A DNA stretch of 64,000 bases from a virus. Lineage: Duplodnaviria; Caudoviricetes. The translations under genes were made by a program, and so were the position numbers. The notes under the pieces were generated by a model. The model was given only the letters and a program-made list of their open reading frames with translations. It ran no database searches and was not told where the DNA came from. The stretch is from positions 128,001-192,000 of IMG/VR virus record IMGVR_UViG_3300027804_000001. One strand, 5' to 3'. Shown here one piece after another: positions 18,404 through 27,182 of this stretch (position 1 is the first letter of the stretch; each line of letters begins with the position of its first letter).

Positions 18404-18803
18404 GTTGTGGGCTCCAAAACCCCTCTGAAATTATTTTAGGTGATTCGTTTCTATCTATCATTACCCATTCATATTTCACGATTCCCCAAGGTTCAAACTG
18501 TTCTAATACATCTTCTAAAGTAAAACACTTACAACTATAGATATCAAATTGAGCCATTGCTGGACTTAAATGGTCCCAAATGTGTATTGATGAGTGGGAA
18601 GTTGCTAATGTTACTGTACCTGTTAATCCCTCATTACCTGGATAATCCACGTAGACACTCGTCGGTCCACCAACCACTTCCATTTTAACTTTATGAACTA
18701 AATCAACAAACCATTTGTTGAGAACCTCCACCTCTTTCGGTGGGTTTGTAATCCAAATCTTCATCAAAAGATGTTGGTGATACGGTACGAATTCTTCTTG
18801 CAT
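18378..18803 (-). CDS. speD: Pyruvoyl-dependent S-adenosylmethionine decarboxylase-family proenzyme
   Basis: GLTGTVTLATSHSSIHIW and FDIYSCK. The self-cleavage site reads T-SH rather than the canonical E-SH. Confidence 0.7.
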   Translation of the reverse strand: MQEEFVPYHQHLLMKIWITNPPKEVEVLNKWFVDLVHKVKMEVVGGPTSVYVDYPGNEGLTGTVTLATSHSSIHIWDHLSPAMAQFDIYSCKCFTLEDVLEQFEPWGIVKYEWVMIDRNESPKIISEGFWSPQHEYIDENS

Positions 18804-18861
18804 TAATATGTTTTTACTATAACATATATATCACAAAAATTGTATTTTTCTACGTTAGATT

Positions 18862-19275
18862 TTATTTAATTAACCAAGATGAAGATTGTATTTTATCTCC
18901 CAAACCGTCAATTAATTTTATACCTAACCAATCACATACTTGTCTCTCGGGAATTGTATCGTTTACTTGGTCACCACCATTTGCAAAGAATAGTTCGTCC
19001 GATGGGTCCTCCAAAGAATGAATCATACCAATTGTTTGACAAACAGTTCTATCCGTATCAATAGATAAAAATACTCGGTCAACCATTTTTAGATTTTGAA
19101 TTATGAAAATTCTCTCATTTTCATCTTGGAACTCTTTACTACCCTTTAATTCCCTCTGTTTGTCATTATTAACAATCACGTATAGTTTGTCACCGTACTC
19201 CTTGGACTTATTGAAATACTCGATGTGCCCCTTATGAAGAGGGTTAAAATATCCACTTACAATAACAATTTTCAT
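18862..19275 (-). CDS. Cytidylyltransferase-like nucleotidyltransferase (HldE-II/TagD-like)
   Basis: SGYFNPLHKGH (HxGH), VIVNND and FANGGD. Confidence 0.8.
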   Translation of the reverse strand: MKIVIVSGYFNPLHKGHIEYFNKSKEYGDKLYVIVNNDKQRELKGSKEFQDENERIFIIQNLKMVDRVFLSIDTDRTVCQTIGMIHSLEDPSDELFFANGGDQVNDTIPERQVCDWLGIKLIDGLGDKIQSSSWLIK

Positions 19276-19952
19276 TTATTAAACTTTTTAAAGTTCTTGA
19301 TAAATTCTTTTTCGTACTTCTTAAGTTCCTTAGTATCTAACCCATTATATAAACCAGTTGACATAAAGGCCTGAATCTCATCATCAATAATTTTTTTGTC
19401 ATCTATATATCCCATCTTAACAATCTTACTTCTTAATTTTTCGTAATGATTTGGTTTTATTTGTGAAGTAATAATTTTACAGTTGGTTTGATATTCTTTA
19501 TTGGTGTAATATAAACCGTGTGCAATTTCATGATTCATTGTACTAGATTTAAAACTATCTGCACCAATCAAATACCATTTTGTTCTGGGTTTATCAAATC
19601 GAAGTGGATAATTTTCACAACTATAATATATGTCATTCATTATCTCATCGTATGGTCCTTTATCTTTACTAAAAACACCTAAACCTTTATATACAATGTT
19701 TGATGGGATATTGAACCCACTCCAATCTTCAGGATATGTGAACGTTCTTTTCTTCCATTTATTTTTGTATGTTAACATGTATTTTTCCCAAGTAAAGAAT
19801 TTACCTCTAATATCTTTAAATGGTGATTCATAAAATTCTTGGTATCTACAAAACAACATTGTTCTTTGATAGTTGTCTTTTATTGATACCGCAAATATTT
19901 GTGGTTTTATTTGTTTGAGTTCCCCAACAACATAATCATTCTTAATTTTCAT
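19272..19952 (-). CDS. Conserved phage hypothetical protein (HExxH-like motif)
   Basis: FCRYQEFYES, NHEIAHG and DEIQAF. Confidence 0.6.
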   Translation of the reverse strand: MKIKNDYVVGELKQIKPQIFAVSIKDNYQRTMLFCRYQEFYESPFKDIRGKFFTWEKYMLTYKNKWKKRTFTYPEDWSGFNIPSNIVYKGLGVFSKDKGPYDEIMNDIYYSCENYPLRFDKPRTKWYLIGADSFKSSTMNHEIAHGLYYTNKEYQTNCKIITSQIKPNHYEKLRSKIVKMGYIDDKKIIDDEIQAFMSTGLYNGLDTKELKKYEKEFIKNFKKFNK

Positions 19953-20164
19953 ATATTTCTATTTTTATAGAACCAATAAAGGTGTATTAATAGAACCAAA
20001 GAATTAACACCAATCAATGGTAAATCATTTTTTATTATTCCATATACTAACCATAATGTTGTTCCCATTACATTTATTAATCTAAGTAAGAACATATCTT
20101 CCTTTATTGTGAAAGATATTAGAATCAATATTGTGGCTAACCAACCAATTAAATTAGTAATCAC
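19949..20164 (-). CDS. Small membrane protein (YgjV/PQ-loop-like)
   Basis: Three short TM helices; LRLINVMG..LWLVYGI. Confidence 0.55.
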   Translation of the reverse strand: MITNLIGWLATILILISFTIKEDMFLLRLINVMGTTLWLVYGIIKNDLPLIGVNSLVLLIHLYWFYKNRNI

Positions 20165-20778
20165 TTAATACAACTTTTTAATATCTCCTGACAAAGCTCA
20201 TCAGGTATTTTACTTCTTTCATATGCATTTGATCTTCCTTGTGTTCCTGTTCTACTACCTCTTGGTGCGGCAACATGACAAGGGTCTCCATTCTTACACA
20301 TTGGTCTTGGTGTCCAAACATTACTATTGGTCCATATGTCCGTTGGTTTCATTCTTTCGTCACCATATTGACAATATGTGACAGTATTTCTTTTCAATCC
20401 TTGTACAACTGGTAGTTTACGAAGTACTCCTCTTGGGTTCTCCATAAACCAATACGTTGGTTGAAAATGATTAATTATTTCTAATGTTTTTTTAACTAAC
20501 TCCAAACCCAATCTTGCACCATCTGTCTTAGGAATATATGCACCTTTTCCACCAGTCCAATGATGTCCAATTGATGCAACACTAAAACTTGTACATGGTG
20601 GAGAAGCCCAAATAATATCTGGTTGGAATGGTACTTTAGTTACATCGAAATCAAGGATACTAACAGCATAATCTATCCCTTCAAATTCAATTAAATCTGA
20701 TGAAAAAACATTCATACCTAATTTCTCGGCTTGTTTACCAATTGATTTACTACCAGCAAATAATTCTAATACATTCAT
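20161..20778 (-). CDS. DNA cytosine methyltransferase-like protein (compact phage type)
   Basis: LELFAGS, WASPPC and FMENP motifs. Confidence 0.8.
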   Translation of the reverse strand: MNVLELFAGSKSIGKQAEKLGMNVFSSDLIEFEGIDYAVSILDFDVTKVPFQPDIIWASPPCTSFSVASIGHHWTGGKGAYIPKTDGARLGLELVKKTLEIINHFQPTYWFMENPRGVLRKLPVVQGLKRNTVTYCQYGDERMKPTDIWTNSNVWTPRPMCKNGDPCHVAAPRGSRTGTQGRSNAYERSKIPDELCQEILKSCIK

Positions 20779-21059
20779 TATCTTAAGTGCTCAAATTTCT
20801 TTGCTAATTTATTGATGAACTCCTCTTCTTCAAGAGTTAATAAATCTCTACATTTTGATAGTTTATCTAAACTTCCCCAAAATATCTGGTCGTTGATATT
20901 TGGTCTACGAACTCCTTTATTATCATTCTTAGTTTCTTGGTCTGGTTGAATGTAACCATCCTCAATTAGAATTTCAACCAATCTGTCTTTTTCTCTCTTA
21001 CTACAAGAGTCAACAAATTCACTTGGGTCGATGTCTACTTCTGCTGTAAATTCAGGCAT
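20778..21059 (-). CDS. Hypothetical protein
   Basis: 93-aa ORF coupled to its neighbours. Confidence 0.65.
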   Translation of the reverse strand: MPEFTAEVDIDPSEFVDSCSKREKDRLVEILIEDGYIQPDQETKNDNKGVRRPNINDQIFWGSLDKLSKCRDLLTLEEEEFINKLAKKFEHLR

Positions 21060-21063
21060 AACT

Positions 21064-21396
21064 TTAAATTAAATTTTTTATGATTATTGTTAATGATATG
21101 ATTAACCAAATTGTATTGAACACAATTAATGTGGGTAAAGATTTTTTCATACTTGCCCAAATCAACAACGATGATGTTGTAAGTGTAAGAAAATGAAAGT
21201 ACCATAATTCTATTCCAAATATTAAACCCGGAACAATGATGATAGCCTTAGCCATCCAGGCCGAAAATTCAATGATATTATAATCAGTCCAATAGGTTTT
21301 ATCGGAGAACATCTTAATCCTATTCCATATCTTTTTGAAACCTATGAAATAGAATAATGTTGTTATGAAAATCAAATATGTTAAAAAATAAACCAT
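21064..21396 (-). CDS. Membrane protein
   Basis: Four hydrophobic segments. Confidence 0.65.
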   Translation of the reverse strand: MVYFLTYLIFITTLFYFIGFKKIWNRIKMFSDKTYWTDYNIIEFSAWMAKAIIIVPGLIFGIELWYFHFLTLTTSSLLIWASMKKSLPTLIVFNTIWLIISLTIIIKNLI

Positions 21397-21432
21397 ATTT
21401 GAAATATAATAAAAACTTTTGAAATAAAAAAA

Positions 21433-22125
21433 TTAGAGGATTGTTTTGTTGGTTTTTGTTTTCCTTATTTCATTAAGAGTCCCAACATTTAAAATGTTAT
21501 TAAAAAAATCACTACTAGGTCTTTCAATTTTAATGTTTAATTTATTACAAACCGCATAAATAATTAACCCCTCTAAAGATCCGTCATAACCATTATTAGG
21601 TTGGGTTTTTAATGTTATATTATTAAGGTTGTCCCATGTTTGTGTAAATAGTTTTCTTCTATCTATGTTATCAATTCTAAGGACCATTAAAAACTCATTT
21701 ATAAATTTAATGTCTTTATCGTTTATTGCTTTACCGTATTCAGTTTCAAGGACATCTTGTATAGTTATTTCTTCATCCTTGTATTTTGTATTTTCGGATA
21801 TCCATCTTACATACATTCCCTCTTCTAAAGTTGTTATGTAATCGAAATCTGGTTTTCCCCTGAATAAAATGTCGGTATCCAAAAACAATACAACATTATG
21901 ATACTCAAACGCAAATTCAATTGATTTTCTTTTTAAATTATAGTTGAATGGTTCGTTTATTTCTCTAATATGAATGTCTTTGTTCTCAATTAATTCTTGA
22001 TTATCCGTAATAACAAAAATGTCTAAGTGATTATCAAAATCAAATAGACATCTTACCGTTGTATTAAATTCGTTGATGTGTTCTTCTCCGAATGCTAAAA
22101 ATGTTATTCCATATTTTTTTATCAT
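21433..22125 (-). CDS. GT-A fold glycosyltransferase-like protein
   Basis: FLDTD (DxD) after the LKRKSI segment. The protein ends KTIL. Confidence 0.5.
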   Translation of the reverse strand: MIKKYGITFLAFGEEHINEFNTTVRCLFDFDNHLDIFVITDNQELIENKDIHIREINEPFNYNLKRKSIEFAFEYHNVVLFLDTDILFRGKPDFDYITTLEEGMYVRWISENTKYKDEEITIQDVLETEYGKAINDKDIKFINEFLMVLRIDNIDRRKLFTQTWDNLNNITLKTQPNNGYDGSLEGLIIYAVCNKLNIKIERPSSDFFNNILNVGTLNEIRKTKTNKTIL

Positions 22126-22451
22126 AAAGAAAACGATTCACCACATCCACATGTTCTTGATGCATTTGGATTTACCCACTGAAAACCCTTTCCATTTAAA
22201 CCACTTGAGTATTGTAATTCGGTCCCATAAAGGTATAAAACAGATTTTTTATCTATAACCACTTTTAAATCACCCAAATCAACGATCTCATCTGTTTCAT
22301 TTATTTCATCATCAAAATCCATTACATAAGACAACCCACTACAACCACCACCTTTAACACCTACCCTCAAATTAAATTTGTCTACCGGTAGGTTTTCTTC
22401 CTTCATTATATCGAATATGTGTTCTTTTGCCGTCTCATTAATTGTAATCAT
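22122..22451 (-). CDS. iscA: A-type Fe-S carrier (HesB/IscA/SufA)
   Basis: [14 protein letters not shown] and [14 protein letters not shown], with three conserved Cys. Confidence 0.92.
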   Translation of the reverse strand: MITINETAKEHIFDIMKEENLPVDKFNLRVGVKGGGCSGLSYVMDFDDEINETDEIVDLGDLKVVIDKKSVLYLYGTELQYSSGLNGKGFQWVNPNASRTCGCGESFSL

Positions 22452-22654
22452 TTCAAATCAGCCTTTTTCAAAAGTGAGTCTAAACTCTTATTATCCGTTT
22501 TTATTTCTTTTTGAACCTGAACTTCATTTCTAAGTTTTGAAAGTTCTTTCTGTTGGAAATAACACAAAACGAGAACTGAAATTGCTAACCCCATTCCGAT
22601 TTGATTTTGATATTTTTTTATAAATTGTATCATATTAATGTAATTTTTCTTCAA
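22448..22654 (-). CDS. Small single-TM coiled-coil protein
   Basis: One TM segment followed by a short coiled coil. Confidence 0.55.
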   Translation of the reverse strand: MKKNYINMIQFIKKYQNQIGMGLAISVLVLCYFQQKELSKLRNEVQVQKEIKTDNKSLDSLLKKADLK

Positions 22655-23045
22655 ATATTATTTCTTCCAACCCTTGTTTTTTTCTGTAATCATTTATAGC
22701 AGACTTAATAGCATCCTCAGCCAAAACACTACAGTGTATTTTAACTGGTGGTAAATTCAATTCCTCAACCAAATCCATATTATCAATTGTTACTGCCTCA
22801 TCCAACGATTTACCTTTTAACCATTCAGTTGCAACTGATGATGATGCAATTGCAGAACCACATCCAAAAGTTTTGAATTTTGCATCAACAATTATATTAT
22901 CTATAACTTCAATTTGTAATCTCATTACATCACCACACTCGGGTGCCCCTACCAATCCTGTGCCGACACTCGATTTACTTTTATCTAATGTTCCTACGTT
23001 TTTAGGGTTAGAATAATGGTCTAAAACCTTTTCAGAATATGCCAT
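22635..23045 (-). CDS. iscU: Fe-S cluster scaffold IscU
   Basis: YSEKVLDHYSNPKNVG, GAPECGDVM, FKTFGCGSAIASSS and LPPVKIHCS. Confidence 0.95.
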   Translation of the reverse strand: MAYSEKVLDHYSNPKNVGTLDKSKSSVGTGLVGAPECGDVMRLQIEVIDNIIVDAKFKTFGCGSAIASSSVATEWLKGKSLDEAVTIDNMDLVEELNLPPVKIHCSVLAEDAIKSAINDYRKKQGLEEIIFEEKLH

Positions 23046-23074
23046 AAATTTATCATTTTATTATAAATAGTTAA

Positions 23075-23317
23075 TTAGTATAATTCATCAGTATTAATAT
23101 TATGTTCTTGAAGAATTTCATATATCTTATCGTACACTAAATCTAAAACTTCATATTTGTCCATTTCTTTACCCTCCAATGTCCATTCTAATCCTTTCTT
23201 AGTGTTGTGAGTAATATCCCATAATGCACCAGCCATATCCAACGATTTAACAGCACGAAAATGTGCCATCTTATCATCGGGGTCATTTAAGTCAAATTCT
23301 ATTTTCGCTTTCGCCAT
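23075..23317 (-). CDS. Conserved phage hypothetical protein
   Basis: MAKAKIEFDLNDPDD start; 80 aa. Confidence 0.65.
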   Translation of the reverse strand: MAKAKIEFDLNDPDDKMAHFRAVKSLDMAGALWDITHNTKKGLEWTLEGKEMDKYEVLDLVYDKIYEILQEHNINTDELY

Positions 23318-23451
23318 AAATCACTTAATTTTTTAGTGGGTCTTCTGGTTATTAATTTTCCATCTTCGGTTTCCTCCATTAAGGGTGCTCTCCAAATTTC
23401 GTATCCCATCCATACGGTTACAACAAACAGAAATAAAAGAAAAAATTTCAT
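23299..23451 (-). CDS. Small membrane protein, 50 aa (not in ORF track)
   Basis: Manual translation MKFFLLFLFVVTVWMGYEIWRAPLMEE...WRKRK*. Confidence 0.55.
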   Translation of the reverse strand: MKFFLLFLFVVTVWMGYEIWRAPLMEETEDGKLITRRPTKKLSDLWRKRK

Positions 23452-23460
23452 AATTAATTT

Positions 23461-23793
23461 TTATGTTGTGAAATATTTCGTTTTCCAAAACTGCCACCAT
23501 TTTCTTTTTTTGACTGGTTTACATTCCGAGAATGGATTTGTACCAAAAGAAACTTTATTGAGATATTTTGCAGTCAAAACATTTAAAAATATCTCATGAT
23601 ATTTTCTTGGTATCTCATCAAAATCGGCCGTAATCTTAACTGATAGTGATTGTGGTCCATCCTCAGAATAAACAATTAATTGTTCATAAAGAGTAACAAG
23701 TGTACTTGTTTTAATATCGGCATATTGATTTTGGTTAAAACCACCAAAATTTAATTCACCATTTATGTGTTCTTTTAATTCATCATCTGACAT
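23461..23793 (-). CDS. Hypothetical protein
   Basis: 110-aa ORF ending in a KRKWWQFWK motif. Confidence 0.65.
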   Translation of the reverse strand: MSDDELKEHINGELNFGGFNQNQYADIKTSTLVTLYEQLIVYSEDGPQSLSVKITADFDEIPRKYHEIFLNVLTAKYLNKVSFGTNPFSECKPVKKRKWWQFWKTKYFTT

Positions 23794-23802
23794 AATAGTA
23801 TT

Positions 23803-24093
23803 TTATTCAACTTGTAAATTTATTGAATCCGCAAGCGGTTTATTAACTTCTTCCAATATTCCCCACATTACTTCATAAGAACCTATTTGAATTTCTTTTA
23901 CAAACATTTCACTTTGTAAACTATCTATTCTCGATTCTAGTTCTGCCTTTTGAATATCTCCTCCTGGTAAAAAACCATTATCGGTTTGACATTTCATCAA
24001 GTCATCTTTTAATTTTAGATAACTCACTAAAAGTGCTAAAAAAGCAATCGTAACTACCACCAAATAAAATTTAATCTGTGTTATAATTTTCAT
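23803..24093 (-). CDS. N-terminal TM plus coiled-coil protein
   Basis: Hydrophobic N-terminus and heptad pattern. Confidence 0.6.
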   Translation of the reverse strand: MKIITQIKFYLVVVTIAFLALLVSYLKLKDDLMKCQTDNGFLPGGDIQKAELESRIDSLQSEMFVKEIQIGSYEVMWGILEEVNKPLADSINLQVE

Positions 24094-24103
24094 AACTTTT
24101 ATT

Positions 24104-24244
24104 TTACTTGTTTAACCACCCATCAATAAACCCACTCTTTATATCTGACCATTCAATTACAAAGTATGAGACAACTATAACACATAAGATTGTCCATTTG
24201 TGTTTAACAATGAGTGTTTTTAAATCTTTTACTAATTCTTTCAT
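24104..24244 (-). CDS. Small membrane protein, 46 aa (not in ORF track)
   Basis: Manual translation MKELVKDLKTLIVKHKWTILCVIVVSYFVIEWSDIKSGFIDGWLNK*. Confidence 0.6.
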   Translation of the reverse strand: MKELVKDLKTLIVKHKWTILCVIVVSYFVIEWSDIKSGFIDGWLNK

Positions 24245-24507
24245 AAATTTTGTATTTCAATTAATAATTCTGATACTTCCTCCTCAGATAGGTACCCCCT
24301 AACATCTCCAGCCGCAACCGGATTATCATAATGAATCTCATCATCAAATAATACCGCAAGTTCATATAAACCACTTTTACCACCGTAAGAAAAATCATGT
24401 TTAACTACTGATGCTCCGAATCCATTTTCAAAATGAATTCGTGTTTTGACACCATTGTAAAATGTGTCGGACATTGATTCAAACTGTAAATCTTTAAAGG
24501 TTTTCAT
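24241..24507 (-). CDS. Conserved phage hypothetical protein
   Basis: FENGFGASVV...SYGG..GLYELAVL motif. Confidence 0.7.
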   Translation of the reverse strand: MKTFKDLQFESMSDTFYNGVKTRIHFENGFGASVVKHDFSYGGKSGLYELAVLFDDEIHYDNPVAAGDVRGYLSEEEVSELLIEIQNL

Positions 24508-24517
24508 TTTAATTTTT

Positions 24518-24679
24518 TTAAAGTTCTTCGACTATTCCTAATATTTCAGCAAGTCCTAAAAGGATTGCACTACTACCGAATTGCTCGTTAAATAAAAAGT
24601 AACAAGCCCCAATTCTTAAAACACTTTTGAATAGACTCACCCAAAAATGTCTACTTGTTTTTGATTCTTTTGGTTGCAT
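24518..24679 (-). CDS. Small membrane protein, 53 aa (not in ORF track)
   Basis: Manual translation MQPKESKTSRHFWVSLFKSVLRIGAC...LAEILGIVEEL*. Confidence 0.6.
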   Translation of the reverse strand: MQPKESKTSRHFWVSLFKSVLRIGACYFLFNEQFGSSAILLGLAEILGIVEEL

Positions 24680-24684
24680 AATGA

Positions 24685-25653
24685 TTAATATACTAAATTT
24701 TTTTGAGATTCCAAATAATCATCCACAAATTGTATCCTTTCTCCGAGATAACGGAAAAGAGGTACTGACCATGAATTACCAATACCACCTTTAACACTTG
24801 AATATGATGGTTTCTTACCATTTATTTCAAAATCAAAATAATCATCAGGAAAACCTTGTAACCTACATAGTTCTTTTTCTGTAAATTGTCTAATTCCCAA
24901 ATCATCTACCCAATAATTCGAAGTCGAGATTTTACCAAATCCATCCGTCAAAGTTTTCGAATAAGATTTAGTTACCGTACCAGCGAGTTTAATTTCTCCG
25001 AGAATATTTTTGGTGAGTTCATCCCTCTTTTTTTTATTCTCTCCTTTAACGCTACCAAATCCTCCTTCGTTAAATAATATGGCAACAGGGACTCTCCAGT
25101 TGGTTCCACGATATCCGACAACGACGATTCTACGACGACGCTGGGGTACTCCAAAATATCTTGAGTCGAAAATCCTGTAAGCGATTGAGTATTTTTTTCC
25201 AATAAAGATTCCTCCTCCTTCTTGGAGATCTTCAGGCCTGATGTCAGTACCCGTAAAGTTTGATAAGACTTGTGAGAGGTCTTCTTTGAGTTCTTCTTTG
25301 AAAACACCAGGGACATTTTCCCAGATGAAATAGGTTGGACGTTTTGAGTCAAGAATGTTTCCAAATGTGATGGCAAGTTGAGCACGTTCATCATCCATTC
25401 CATTTCCGAGTCCGGCATCTGACCAAGCTTGGCAGGGTGTACCTGCTGCAATAACTTTCGCTTTGAGTTTTTTAAATTTTTCATCTTCTAAAATGTTTAA
25501 CATGTTTGGAAATAAAGGAACATCAGGATAGTGATGTTTAAGTACTTGTTGTGGGAATGAGGCGAAATCACATACACCTACACACTCCCAACCGAGTGGT
25601 TTCCACGCAACGGACGCGGCTTCGATACCACTACAAAGAGTAATGAATTTCAT
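24685..25653 (-). CDS. DNA (cytosine-5)-methyltransferase
   Basis: LCSGIEAAS (motif I), AGTPCQ (IV), WENVPG (VI), QRRRR (VIII) and GNSWSV (X). Confidence 0.9.
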   Translation of the reverse strand: MKFITLCSGIEAASVAWKPLGWECVGVCDFASFPQQVLKHHYPDVPLFPNMLNILEDEKFKKLKAKVIAAGTPCQAWSDAGLGNGMDDERAQLAITFGNILDSKRPTYFIWENVPGVFKEELKEDLSQVLSNFTGTDIRPEDLQEGGGIFIGKKYSIAYRIFDSRYFGVPQRRRRIVVVGYRGTNWRVPVAILFNEGGFGSVKGENKKKRDELTKNILGEIKLAGTVTKSYSKTLTDGFGKISTSNYWVDDLGIRQFTEKELCRLQGFPDDYFDFEINGKKPSYSSVKGGIGNSWSVPLFRYLGERIQFVDDYLESQKNLVY

Positions 25654-25678
25654 GCTAGTAAGTTTTGTTTTGTTAGAA

Positions 25679-25708
25679 CAAATTTACTAATATTTTTTAA
25701 AATCCAAA
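25679..25708 (-). promoter_or_regulatory. Bacteroidota primary-sigma promoter
   Basis: TTTG (25708-25705), N18, TAAATTTG (25686-25679). Confidence 0.55.
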
Positions 25709-25741
25709 AACATTTTTAAAAAAATTATTATTAATTAATAA

Positions 25742-27136
25742 TCAATTATTTAAGAAATCATATTTTTCTTTTGTCCACTTAAGTTCTTTATAATCTTTAA
25801 ATTTTTCATTTAATATATCAATAAGTGGTTGGAATATACTAGGTGTGGGTGTGTTTGACTTACCATAAGACTGTACAAGTTGTCCTTTTCTATATTGTAA
25901 ATTGATTTTTTTGGTATTGAATTGTGCGGAAAGGTACACATAGAGAACCCCATTAGTAAATTGTTTAGACATACAATTTTTCATGTTATATCCTTCGTAT
26001 ATAAAATCTTCTTCTGTTGATAATACTTTGATATTATACGTCATTCCATCAATTTGAATGTTCGTTTCTATGTCATTTAAAAATTCAACTGGATGTGTGT
26101 ATTTTAATTTATATCCTCTCTTATAGTAAAGTTTTAAATTATTTAATGTTTCAATTAAATTATTGAATTGGTTATCATTTTTTGGTGTTAATTTTATTTC
26201 GATTCCATTTAACTCAACTTCTTTTCTGTACTTCAATAGTTTATTGATTGATATAAAAATAGGATCAAGGTTGATATTGGTTTTGTTCCAACTATTAATC
26301 AACTTTACAAAACTACTCTTCTCAAATTCATTTCTTAATTCATCAATTTTTAAATTGGGTGGGTATATATCTGAACAATGTTGTTTCCAATCTATTCTTT
26401 TTATATAATCTAAATGATTCTTACCAAACAATTTACACAAATAGTTTATTGCGTTTATGTTTAAAGGTATATCAGATGTGTTTAATTCTTTTATTAAAAA
26501 TTTAGATTTAATACCTAAAGAGTCTAAAACCGCCGGTAGAAATTTATTATCATTCCTAATCAAAAACTTTTTACTTGGGTAGACATCTTGAATATCGTAG
26601 TAAACATTATTGTGGCCCTTTATATTTTTTTGTGAGAGATGAAAATCAACAATCATATCAAACAATTCATTGACTGCTGGTTTCTCTTTATATGATTTAT
26701 TTAAATAAAAATCATATTTAAATTTAGATTTTAATTTGTTAGTCATAATTAAACTTATTTCTGTGATTGCTCTTTCATACTTGACTCCCCAATAGTTTAA
26801 TCTTTTTTCTCCCCTATAAAACCCATTATCAATCATTTCATATAACAACCTAAAATTGTTTCTTTTTGATTTTTGTGATGACTTAAGATATTTGTCTTCT
26901 GTTAAATTGTCATTTACAATTTTATATGAAACAATTATATCACCATTGATTAAATTAATTGTAAGTTGGTGGGAAAATGTTACATGTTTTCTTGCTCCAT
27001 ATCTATGATAATCCAACTCGAAATCATTTGACATTATAAGTGTGTTATCATCACCAAATAATTTTAATTCACATATTGATTCGGCCGGTCCTTTTTTGTC
27101 TTTCTTATTTTGAAAGTGTCTAAATAATAAATCCAC
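25742..27136 (-). CDS. PcfJ-like domain protein
   Basis: C-terminal LSTEEDFIYEGYNMKNCM...QSYGKSN. Confidence 0.7.
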   Translation of the reverse strand: MDLLFRHFQNKKDKKGPAESICELKLFGDDNTLIMSNDFELDYHRYGARKHVTFSHQLTINLINGDIIVSYKIVNDNLTEDKYLKSSQKSKRNNFRLLYEMIDNGFYRGEKRLNYWGVKYERAITEISLIMTNKLKSKFKYDFYLNKSYKEKPAVNELFDMIVDFHLSQKNIKGHNNVYYDIQDVYPSKKFLIRNDNKFLPAVLDSLGIKSKFLIKELNTSDIPLNINAINYLCKLFGKNHLDYIKRIDWKQHCSDIYPPNLKIDELRNEFEKSSFVKLINSWNKTNINLDPIFISINKLLKYRKEVELNGIEIKLTPKNDNQFNNLIETLNNLKLYYKRGYKLKYTHPVEFLNDIETNIQIDGMTYNIKVLSTEEDFIYEGYNMKNCMSKQFTNGVLYVYLSAQFNTKKINLQYRKGQLVQSYGKSNTPTPSIFQPLIDILNEKFKDYKELKWTKEKYDFLNN

Positions 27137-27182
27137 ATATAAAATATATGTGGATTAATTTACAATGTATATGGTTTTTTAT

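Noticed and set aside
22448-24093. Spanin/holin assignment for the small TM and coiled-coil proteins
   Set aside because: No overlapping lipoprotein partner and no adjacent endolysin; the evidence is too weak to name them.
24972-25484. 170-aa same-strand alternative-frame ORF inside the C5 methylase gene
   Set aside because: It is entirely nested in a well-conserved gene and has no recognisable motifs, so it is probably a by-product of local codon usage.
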